From assembly GCA_964619725.1 (NCBI GenBank), contig CAZUFC010000069.1:21161-44540 (forward strand): DNA of 23,380 bases, written 5' to 3'. A program made the translations under genes and the position numbers. Within the stretch, counting starts at the first letter, position 1. Every line of letters starts with the position of its first letter. Below are positions 8,577-16,614 of this stretch, in pieces. A model generated the notes under the pieces. It worked only from the letters and a program-made list of their open reading frames with translations, ran no database searches and was not told the DNA's origin. Origin of the DNA: an uncultured bacterium (lineage in GTDB: Bacteria > CSSED10-310 > CAZUFC01).

Positions 8577-9566
8577 ATGATCGACCCGAAACGTTTATTT
8601 GAACGTCTGGATATGGACCAGGACGGTGAACTGGGACCGACGGAATTGAAAAAATCCGCGATGGCGCATGGATGGGGCTGGTATCAAGCTCCTTACTATG
8701 CGCTCATCCATTTGGCTTCCGTTAAAGGCGGACTTGATCGGGACCGTTTCTGTTACATTATGAAAAAATCGCTTGCAGGACCTTATGGACCTTACGGCGA
8801 TATTCTTTCCGAGTTAACGCAACAGGTGCTGGATTCAGCGCCGGCTGACGCTCCTTCGTCGTTCGCTTCGTCTGATGAAGTCATTTCCGCTGATCCTTCA
8901 CTTTGGGTAGAACGACTTGAAGAAATCCTCGGCGGAGAAATGTCGGACCGCTGCAAATCGCTCCTCGAATCTCTTGTAACGGTGCGATGTTCGAGAAAGG
9001 AAACGGCTCTGTTGCTGATCGATCCTCAGCGTTCCTTCACCGACGGCGCCTGGATGCGTTCCATCGGTCGCGACGCGGCGAATGAAGTAATGCCGATACG
9101 CCTTGCCTTCGAGAACTGCGGCGACTTTTTGCGTCAATCCGGCGCTTCGGTTGAGCGCCTGGTCACCCGCTGCCCTTTTCCTCCCGACAGTTACGGCTGG
9201 GATGACGCGTTTGCCGGCATCCTTGACGAAGCGCAACCCTATTTCATTAAACCCGGCAACAGCATAATCCGTCCCCGGACGAACGGAAGCGCCCGCCGGC
9301 TCGAAAAAATGATAACGCAAGGCAAACGCACTGTCGTCATCGGAGGTTGCACTTTGAACAGTTGCATACGCGTTTCGGCTGTCGACCTGGTTACACGCTT
9401 CAGAAATGCAGGACTAAAGGTGATAGCGGACCTTAGTTTATGCGGTGCGCGCCTCAGCAATTACCGGGATTCTCCTGAATTCGGCGACATATCTTCCGTT
9501 GAAGCCGCCGTCCATGAAATGCTTTCAAACGACATCACAGTTGCTTTAAACGTCAGGTGGAATTGA
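8577..9566 (+). CDS. Isochorismatase-like cysteine hydrolase with N-terminal EF-hand
   Basis: Hydrolase triad motifs LLLIDPQRSF (Asp), FIKPGNS (Lys) and VIGGCTLNSCIRVSA (Cys). Canonical 12-residue EF loop DMDQDGELGPTE at 8610-8645. Confidence 0.82.
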   Translation: MIDPKRLFERLDMDQDGELGPTELKKSAMAHGWGWYQAPYYALIHLASVKGGLDRDRFCYIMKKSLAGPYGPYGDILSELTQQVLDSAPADAPSSFASSDEVISADPSLWVERLEEILGGEMSDRCKSLLESLVTVRCSRKETALLLIDPQRSFTDGAWMRSIGRDAANEVMPIRLAFENCGDFLRQSGASVERLVTRCPFPPDSYGWDDAFAGILDEAQPYFIKPGNSIIRPRTNGSARRLEKMITQGKRTVVIGGCTLNSCIRVSAVDLVTRFRNAGLKVIADLSLCGARLSNYRDSPEFGDISSVEAAVHEMLSNDITVALNVRWN

Positions 9567-9613
9567 ATTATTGGGACAGATCAAACCAGGGTTACAAATG
9601 ACATGCTTATATG

Positions 9614-11431
9614 CTAATGCTTTCTCCTCAGGTCTCTGGCAGCCGTAAACAAAACTGCGGCGACAAGGATGATCATACCCCAGACGGAGAATGCCGGCAC
9701 GGGCGTGATGCATGGGTCAGGCACGGGCGGATTCTCCTGTTCGGTCCATACGAAGGAGAAGTTTTCCCAGTCGTCGCAATCGATGTCGCCGTCTCCGTCG
9801 AAGTCGCCTGCGCTGCATGCCGGGTCAATGGGTCCGCCGCCTTGACCTGTGAAGCAGGTCACGAACTGATCCAGGTCGTTTAGGTCTACGTCCCCGTCCA
9901 GGTCGAAATCGCCGCCGAATCCTTTTCCGGAATTCATAATAATGGCGGCCGGATCGTTGGTCACGTCGAAACCAGCATCGAGAATCTGGTACATGGAATT
10001 GTCGAGATATTGACGAAATGCGCTTGCAGGATCGTCAGGGTCCGCGCTCGGACTGGGCCAGGGCGGCGAATAACCGTTTTCAATAAAGGCGGGAATAAGA
10101 ATATTGGATGCTGCCCATCGGTCTATCGCTACCGGATCGAAACCCGCTATGAGCTCGTTGCGTCTTACGGCCTCGCTATAACTTGTACCGGGTCCGCTAT
10201 ACGGATTGGCGTTGATCCAGATGCAATCCAGGATATTCAGGTCGGCCATTTCAATCTCACCCAGGAACGCGCCTAGTATGCCGTAATGTATGGCGTTATG
10301 CGAGTTGGTGCTTAGCCCGCCGCTTACCGTTCCCATATGGTGCTTCACGCAGGCCGTGACGCCGTATGTGGCATGATGAGATTTTAAAACGGGAAGGTTG
10401 ATGAATTTCAAATGCTCCTGGTCGTAGCTTGATTCTTCGGGGTTCCAGATGCCGTCCCGCAAACTTATGTATGTCCCTGAGTCCGTTTGGAATTTGGGAT
10501 AGGAAACCCGGCCGTGAAGCGTCCCATCGTATGGATAAACGATATACCCGTCGTTCATGTCGCCTTCTGAATATTCATCGACGGAAACGCTGCGTATCGC
10601 TTTCCAGTCATAGTGCGAAACGTCGTATCCCAGGCCCTGGAACCATGTCGCCACGTCGTGCGGAGAAAGTCCGTTATCCTGGGCGTTGTTCTGACTTCGG
10701 TTGAAAGCGTCTGAAGAAGCCCACTGAACGTTCTCGCATATTACGATCTCACCGTCGAAACCGTCCGGATGATTCACTATGCGACTGATTAAGCCCCGCA
10801 TGACGTCCATGTTGCTGCCGCCCCTTTGCGACCATTGATAATTGATTTTAATCAGCACAACGTCGTCCGTTCCCACTATACCCTGAGGGCCTGATACCAG
10901 CGTCGTTCCTGAAGATTGATAAAACTTCTGGCCGTTGCGGCCCATCAACAGAATCAAGTTGTCGATTCCCAGAAATCGATCATTGGCCGGTTCGTCAGGG
11001 CAATATCCGACGTGATAAATCTGAGCGTAATAATCCTTCGGAGGCGACGGTCTGGGGCCTTCGTAAATCTTGTTTACCTCAGCCTGCGACACGAATCCCC
11101 ATAGGCATACGGAAAAAAGAAGCCCCAATCCGCTCGCTGCCAAACCTGCAGGTCTTCCCAGCCAGGCTGAGATGCGACGGCCGCCTCCGACCAGCGCAGC
11201 CGCAAATGCTCCGCCGAAAGCCAAACCGGCAGTCGATAATGCCGCCTGCTGACAGGGATAAGTTATTCGGCTCGGTTTTGAACCGCTGCGCAACGCCAGC
11301 CATGCCAGACCCAACACTCCCGCTATGAATGAAATCAACGGAAGCTTATGCCAGAGCAAACCTCTTCGCTTGCAGTGAAAACCGCGCCTTCTTAAATACA
11401 GTAATACATTTTCTTTCTTAGGAAATTTCAT
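9614..11431 (-). CDS. DUF362-family protein with N-terminal membrane segments, dockerin-like Ca-binding repeats and IPTL-CTERM-like tail
   Basis: Likely start is ATG 11431 (AGGAGGG RBS). Motifs KPSRITYPCQQAA, DVVLIKIN, IVICE, INLPVLKSH...VTACVKHHMG and DPVAID are DUF362-like. Duplicated GDFDLDGDVDLNDL / GDFDGDGDIDCDDW. Tail VPAFSVWGMIILVAAVLFTAARDLRRKH. Confidence 0.8.
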   Translation of the reverse strand: MKFPKKENVLLYLRRRGFHCKRRGLLWHKLPLISFIAGVLGLAWLALRSGSKPSRITYPCQQAALSTAGLAFGGAFAAALVGGGRRISAWLGRPAGLAASGLGLLFSVCLWGFVSQAEVNKIYEGPRPSPPKDYYAQIYHVGYCPDEPANDRFLGIDNLILLMGRNGQKFYQSSGTTLVSGPQGIVGTDDVVLIKINYQWSQRGGSNMDVMRGLISRIVNHPDGFDGEIVICENVQWASSDAFNRSQNNAQDNGLSPHDVATWFQGLGYDVSHYDWKAIRSVSVDEYSEGDMNDGYIVYPYDGTLHGRVSYPKFQTDSGTYISLRDGIWNPEESSYDQEHLKFINLPVLKSHHATYGVTACVKHHMGTVSGGLSTNSHNAIHYGILGAFLGEIEMADLNILDCIWINANPYSGPGTSYSEAVRRNELIAGFDPVAIDRWAASNILIPAFIENGYSPPWPSPSADPDDPASAFRQYLDNSMYQILDAGFDVTNDPAAIIMNSGKGFGGDFDLDGDVDLNDLDQFVTCFTGQGGGPIDPACSAGDFDGDGDIDCDDWENFSFVWTEQENPPVPDPCITPVPAFSVWGMIILVAAVLFTAARDLRRKH

Positions 11432-11571
11432 CGTCAACCCTCCTAAACAGGAATTATTCCCATTTATATTCCTATTAGCCGGCGTCAACGATGTCAAGAA
11501 ATGCGCGGCGGCAGGTCATAAAACGCGAGACTGATCAGATGGGACCGACGAATCAGCTCGACGCATCAACG

Positions 11572-12021
11572 TCAGGAATCATCCGCTGTTGATTTGTTCT
11601 TTGCCTTCCAGGGCTTGACCGCCTTTCCGAACTCCTTGAGATCGTCAATACGGTTTTTCAGTATGCCGAATATTATTGAGTCGTCAATGCGGGTATATTC
11701 TTGAACGATAATGTTCCTGAAGCTTGCGACATCCTTCATCCGTTCAGCCAGGTCAGCGCCGATGACGGACTCTTCCTGCAGTACCCGGAAAATATCCCTG
11801 TTTCCGTCAGGCTCCCTGAATGCATTGATGGAAATGATATGATTTCCTATATCGATACAGCATTCAGCAGCCAGATGCAGCGTTCTTTCTATGAACCTTC
11901 GAAGAATTTTATCGCTCTGAAACTTCTCCCACGGTGCTGAACGATACTCACGCAAATCAGCCAGGTATTCGTTCAAATGCCTCATTCTGGATTCGATAAT
12001 GTCAGCCTGCGAAGAAGTCAT
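11572..12021 (-). CDS. hepT: HepT-like (DUF86/HEPN) toxin with the catalytic His replaced
   Basis: IERTLHLAAECCIDIGNHII is typical of DUF86. The RX4HXY motif reads RNIIVQEY. Start overlaps the mntA stop (ATGA). Confidence 0.88.
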   Translation of the reverse strand: MTSSQADIIESRMRHLNEYLADLREYRSAPWEKFQSDKILRRFIERTLHLAAECCIDIGNHIISINAFREPDGNRDIFRVLQEESVIGADLAERMKDVASFRNIIVQEYTRIDDSIIFGILKNRIDDLKEFGKAVKPWKAKNKSTADDS

Positions 12022-12434
12022 CGGAACAGTTCCCTGTTGATCGCTCTGTACCGTATTTTCATTTCAAAATACCTTTTCCTGGAAAGATTTTCAAAATTCA
12101 GATGCACGTAATCATCTCGCACCAGCGCGGCCGGACGGCCGTTTTTCAATATTTGATGCTGCAAGACCGGCGAAGCCCGGTAAAGGTCCGTGACGTCGAC
12201 GTCCCTTTTCAGCGCCGGCCTCAACAAATCCTCCATTTTCCCCAGAAAAAGAAATCGTTCAAAAGGGTCGGAAGGATTCTCAAACCCAACAGCCACATCC
12301 ACATCCACATCGCTTGATGCCGTCAAATGCCCTTGAGCCCCTGAACCGAACAGGTAGGCCAGTTGTATCGTTTCAACAGGTTCAAGCGTTTCCCTGATGA
12401 TCTTCTTCAATGTATCCGGTTCGGATAAACTCAT
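12018..12434 (-). CDS. mntA: MntA-like minimal nucleotidyltransferase antitoxin
   Basis: AYLFGSGAQGHLTASSDVD matches GSX10DXD; also DVDVTDL and ASPVLQHQILKNG. GAGGAG RBS lies 6 nt before ATG 12434. Confidence 0.88.
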   Translation of the reverse strand: MSLSEPDTLKKIIRETLEPVETIQLAYLFGSGAQGHLTASSDVDVDVAVGFENPSDPFERFLFLGKMEDLLRPALKRDVDVTDLYRASPVLQHQILKNGRPAALVRDDYVHLNFENLSRKRYFEMKIRYRAINRELFR

Positions 12435-12595
12435 GAGCATCTCCTCTCTTTATCTTATCAACCGCCGCTCCATTTTCAAAGAGAGTAATTCCCGCCCCTG
12501 TCATTTAATTTAGAATTATTATTGACTGAATTTACCTCTCTGCCGGAATGTCCGATGGGTCCGCCAAGTTAGGAAAGGCAGCTTCCGCCGTTTCA

Positions 12596-15088
12596 TTAAC
12601 GTAATTTTCGAATCGAACCCGCCATAAAGCAGCCGACGATCAGAACAAGAAGGATAATCCCCGATGCCCCGGCTGCAGGAATTTGTGCCGGTGTAGGCGT
12701 TGGGGTCGGCGGCGGTTCGACCAGATCGATCATTGATATTTTATCGCTCGTCACGTGGGAAACTATGGCTTTATCCAGGTTTTCCGCAATCGCCAGGTCG
12801 CAGACGGGCGTCAGTATTTCAATAAATTCGGTCACTACGCTGTCTTCCGCATCAACTTCTATCCTGTAAAAATAACCTTCCGTAGTGGCGACGAACAGCC
12901 ACTCGCCGGCATCGTCCATTTTCATAGCCCGTGGACTGCCTGTCACCGCAATTTGCTTGACATGCGTCAAATCGCTCATGCGCAGCAATGAAACGGAAGC
13001 CCCATTGTAATTGGCTACGAACGCGTAATTGCCGTCCGGAGTAAATTCAATGACGTAAGGAGAATCGCCGACCGGAATGGTCGCTTCTACATAACTCAAT
13101 CCTGAAGCCACTGCCACGACGCTCACGGTGTCCGAATCGAAATTGGAGACTAACGCTCTGGAAACCTGCGTCGGCGAGAACGCCACCTCCGCGGGCTTGG
13201 CTCCCACTGCCACTGAATCGACCACGGTCAGCGAGTTCAAATCTATAATATTGATGTTGGGGACTGATGAATGAGTATTGCACACTGCCGCAAAAGTATC
13301 GTTAATGTCTATGTCTAAACCGCTGGTTGTATAATAACTTACCTGAACGGTACCCAGGTTGCCCACAGGTATGTCGGCTTCATTATAGCTGGATGCGCCG
13401 TCCAGATGAACCACGCTTACGTAATCATACGATCCGTTGTTGATGGACGCGACCAGCGCCCTTTCGCCGTCCGACGTCAAAACTATTCGAGTCGGGCGTG
13501 TTTTTACGGTGACTGAGCCGATGTTGGTCATGGAATTCAGGTCAATGACAGAAATGAAGTTTTCATCGTAATTCGCTGCAAGTATATAATTTCCGTCGTT
13601 CGTTATGGTTACGAAACCGGGACGCATTCCCGTTTCCGCTATGTCCAGAATCGCGTTAGAGGCCACATCCACTATCGATACGTTATCCGACAGGATGTTG
13701 GCGGTCACGGCTTTCGTATCGTCCGGCGTTACGGCTATGCCGCGGGGCCCGTCGCCGTCTGGAGCGATGCCTCCCCAAACCGACGCCAGAAGAGAACCCG
13801 ACGCGCCGTTTATATCGTAAACGTAAATTTCTTCGGAAAAATTACTGTTGATCGATGCGGCTATAGGGTAGTCTCGCAGATAATGCGTCGCCGTTACGCT
13901 GCCTGCTGTTATCGTATTGACCACATTGAAAGTCGCAAGATCGAAAATTCTGGAGTAATAGTTGCCGATGAATCCGTAATCGATGCCCGGAGTGCAGGCG
14001 AAACCGCCTACTGAACCGGAATATATCGTCCCCGCAGTGCTGCCGTCGGATACGTTCATCACAGAACTGTAATTGATCGGTCCGCCGCTGAAAATATACT
14101 GCTTGTCGCCGGTCAGCAGCACATCATCCCCGAAAACGTCGAAACCTGCAACGTAAGTATCTGTTATGGAAGGTGTCTGGGGATCGACGATGGTGAAACG
14201 GTTGCCCGTTCCATGCTTCAGAACCGCCATCGTGCCGTCGGGAGATACGTCTATCCCGTGAGGTTGAGGGTCTACTGGAAGAGCATCCGCTATGGAAGCC
14301 GTCATCGGATCAAAAAACAGCAACTCCTCAGCATCCCATTCGGCTATCAGAACCCTCGAGGCATCCGGCAGCGCTTTCATGGGATTCCAGCGGATATACA
14401 GCTTTCCCGTATCGCTCATCGCGCTGAATGACCGAATCCAGATCGGCACTCCGGACAACGCCGACGCTTCAATCCCTGCATCCAGGTCCACTACATGCAA
14501 CGTATCGGAAATGTCACAACCGACCACCAGGCGGTGAGTCCCCGGTAAAGCCTCGATAACCGCCGGCTGCTCGCATACGTCCGCAAAATTGTTCAAGGAA
14601 ATCGTATCCGTTACAGCCTGTGAGGCAATATCAATCACCGTCAAATCATGACTGAATACGTTGGTCGTCACCGCATACATGCCGTCGGACGTTACGGCCA
14701 GGTCCACCGGATAATCCCCCGTATATACCGCTCCCGTCATCTGTCCCGTTCCAACGTCCAGAAACGTCACTGTGTCGCTGTAACTGTAACAGGTCAAGAC
14801 GGTCGCGTGGTCAGGCGTCACCACTATCGCCTGAGGCATATCACCCTCCGGAGGTATCCCGATATCGACCAGGGTCGCTCCGAGATATTTTTCCACCGCT
14901 TCTTCGTTGCTTGCAGAACCTACTCCTAAATCTTTTAACGTCTTTCCGGGTCCGTCCTGAGTTGTTGTCTCATACGCCGGGAATCCTTCCTGCACGCTTC
15001 CAGGACTCACCGTTGCTCCCAAAGCCCCCGCTCCTGAAAAAACTATAAAAAAACCTGTTATCACAATGCTTAAACGGTATCTTCGCAT
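12596..15088 (-). CDS. Secreted YVTN/YncE-type multi-beta-propeller protein with PT linker and IPTL-CTERM-like tail
   Basis: Likely start is ATG 15088 (GGGAGGT RBS) with a signal peptide. Many ~40-aa blades, e.g. TGDYPVDLAVTSDGMYAVTTNVFSHDLTVID and VGDSPYVIEFTPDGNYAFVANYNGASVSLL. Tail PTPTPTPAQIPAAGASGIILLVLIVGCFMAGSIRKLR. Confidence 0.88.
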   Translation of the reverse strand: MRRYRLSIVITGFFIVFSGAGALGATVSPGSVQEGFPAYETTTQDGPGKTLKDLGVGSASNEEAVEKYLGATLVDIGIPPEGDMPQAIVVTPDHATVLTCYSYSDTVTFLDVGTGQMTGAVYTGDYPVDLAVTSDGMYAVTTNVFSHDLTVIDIASQAVTDTISLNNFADVCEQPAVIEALPGTHRLVVGCDISDTLHVVDLDAGIEASALSGVPIWIRSFSAMSDTGKLYIRWNPMKALPDASRVLIAEWDAEELLFFDPMTASIADALPVDPQPHGIDVSPDGTMAVLKHGTGNRFTIVDPQTPSITDTYVAGFDVFGDDVLLTGDKQYIFSGGPINYSSVMNVSDGSTAGTIYSGSVGGFACTPGIDYGFIGNYYSRIFDLATFNVVNTITAGSVTATHYLRDYPIAASINSNFSEEIYVYDINGASGSLLASVWGGIAPDGDGPRGIAVTPDDTKAVTANILSDNVSIVDVASNAILDIAETGMRPGFVTITNDGNYILAANYDENFISVIDLNSMTNIGSVTVKTRPTRIVLTSDGERALVASINNGSYDYVSVVHLDGASSYNEADIPVGNLGTVQVSYYTTSGLDIDINDTFAAVCNTHSSVPNINIIDLNSLTVVDSVAVGAKPAEVAFSPTQVSRALVSNFDSDTVSVVAVASGLSYVEATIPVGDSPYVIEFTPDGNYAFVANYNGASVSLLRMSDLTHVKQIAVTGSPRAMKMDDAGEWLFVATTEGYFYRIEVDAEDSVVTEFIEILTPVCDLAIAENLDKAIVSHVTSDKISMIDLVEPPPTPTPTPAQIPAAGASGIILLVLIVGCFMAGSIRKLR

Positions 15089-15202
15089 AAAACTACCTCC
15101 CTTGAAATAACTCACATCTAACCAACTCTTTATAATTAAAAAAACAGAGAAAAGCAAATCATATATGATTATAGATATCTCTTCACAAATCAAAGAATAC
15201 CG

Positions 15203-15270
15203 CTTATTCAGCGCCGCTCCTGCATTATGCCCTGTCCGGTGAACGACTTTGTGGACAGACGCTGAATAAG
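15203..15270. other. Intergenic nested inverted repeat (possible terminator or processing stem)
   Basis: CTTATTCAGCG(15203-15213) pairs perfectly with CGCTGAATAAG(15260-15270). Inner pair CTGTCC(15232-15237)/GGACAG(15253-15258). It sits just past the stop at 15273. Confidence 0.5.
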
Positions 15271-15272
15271 GA

Positions 15273-15992
15273 TTACAATACCGCCTCGATTATGCTGTTC
15301 AATTGATGAATGTTGTAAGGCTTGGCTACAGTCCCGGAAAAACCGAACTTCTTATAATCTCTCATGAATCGATCGTTGGAATACCCGCTCGATAAGATGA
15401 CCTTTGCTCCCGGATCAAGCTTCTTCAACTCCTTCGCCGCAACCTTCCCGCTCAATCCCTCCTCAATCGTCAAATCCATAATGACCAAAGAGTACGGACT
15501 ACCGGAATCAAGCGCATCCTTATACATCTCAATCGCCTCTGAACCTTCGCGCGCAAACGAAACTTCATGACCCATCAAAGTCAGCATTCTGCCCGCAACG
15601 TTCCTGACCGACTCATCGTCGTCCATCAATAACACCCGCTTCCGGCGCGGCTCCTCCCTTACCTCCAAACCTTCTTCCAACTTCTCATCTTTATCCGCAT
15701 ACAATATCTCGGATTCAGCAAACGGCTCTCCCTTCGAAAAAGCCAATAACCGACGGCTGTAAGCCTCGGCCCTTCGGCAACCTTCCTCAGCTTCCGACAG
15801 TAATTCTTCTATCCCGCTGCCTGCACGGGCTTTCACCCTCGCTAGCGATACAGAACCCAATATCGATTGCATAATGTTGTTGAACTGATGCGCTATGCAA
15901 CCCGCAAACTCATGAAGATCCCCGCAAAATTCCTCGCCTGCATAATCGCCACCTGAATTGGAATCCTGTTTTTCCAATCCCTTTTGACTCAT
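15273..15992 (-). CDS. HisKA (DHp) + receiver protein lacking the HATPase domain
   Basis: H-box FAGCIAHQFNNIMQSILG...RRLLAFSK, a short acidic linker, then a receiver VLLMDDD...LVIMDLTI...ILSSGYS...VAKPY. RBS GGGGAGGA. Confidence 0.85.
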   Translation of the reverse strand: MSQKGLEKQDSNSGGDYAGEEFCGDLHEFAGCIAHQFNNIMQSILGSVSLARVKARAGSGIEELLSEAEEGCRRAEAYSRRLLAFSKGEPFAESEILYADKDEKLEEGLEVREEPRRKRVLLMDDDESVRNVAGRMLTLMGHEVSFAREGSEAIEMYKDALDSGSPYSLVIMDLTIEEGLSGKVAAKELKKLDPGAKVILSSGYSNDRFMRDYKKFGFSGTVAKPYNIHQLNSIIEAVL

Positions 15993-16174
15993 TAACCGAT
16001 CCTCCCCTCTCCTATTAAATTGCCGGCCGACTTATCGAAAACGGCAGCCCATATTGCTTTAATTATCCGGCAGGCGATTTCTATGCCGATAATTTGTCCC
16101 TTCCTTACCGCTGTTAATTCCTCCCTTGAAAAAATGCTTTTACTCCAACTCTGATACCTCGCTATTATGCTCAT
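15992..16174 (-). CDS. Small hypothetical protein, possibly translationally coupled to the HisKA-REC gene
   Basis: 60 aa. Its stop overlaps the next ATG (TAATG) and there is a weak AAGGGA upstream. No recognisable motif. Confidence 0.3.
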   Translation of the reverse strand: MSIIARYQSWSKSIFSREELTAVRKGQIIGIEIACRIIKAIWAAVFDKSAGNLIGEGRIG

Positions 16175-16509
16175 TAATCCCTTAAAAGCACTCCTCTTCT
16201 ATAAAATTGCTCCACATGATGCTGCTCACGCTGCTTACGACTTCCACTTTCACATCACAGAATCCTCTATGTGAATAGGTCGCTCATCCGCCTTATGCCT
16301 TGAATTTTTGTTTTTCTCCTCAATATTCCTCGTTCCGCTACCCCATAACATTATAGCGCATCTCCTCTCAATATCCAAATTTCACTCACATTCTCCAGGG
16401 CCCTTAAATTCTCCGCTTTCATCATCAATCGAAAATTCACCCCGGCGCAGTCGGCACGTTTTGCCATTTATGCCATTATTCTGTTTATTGCCGTTTTTGC
16501 GGTATTTTC

Positions 16510-16538
16510 TTGACTGGGCATTCGCCCTGATGTATAGT
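16510..16538 (+). promoter_or_regulatory. sigma70-type promoter for the glycosyltransferase
   Basis: TTGACT(16510-16515)-17 nt-TATAGT(16533-16538). The spacer holds a GGGC-ATTC-GCCC palindrome. Confidence 0.6.
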
Positions 16539-16614
16539 TTCTATTCTGTGAGTGAGGGGAAGATTCCTGCGGGTCTGCAATGAAAAGGGGTTGAATATCG
16601 GGGGTGCGTAAGGA

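Noticed and set aside
16175..16610. Riboswitch or ncRNA in the long divergent intergenic region, and ORF 16308-16583
   Set aside because: No known consensus was recognised. The ORF is low-complexity, starts at TTG and spans the promoter.
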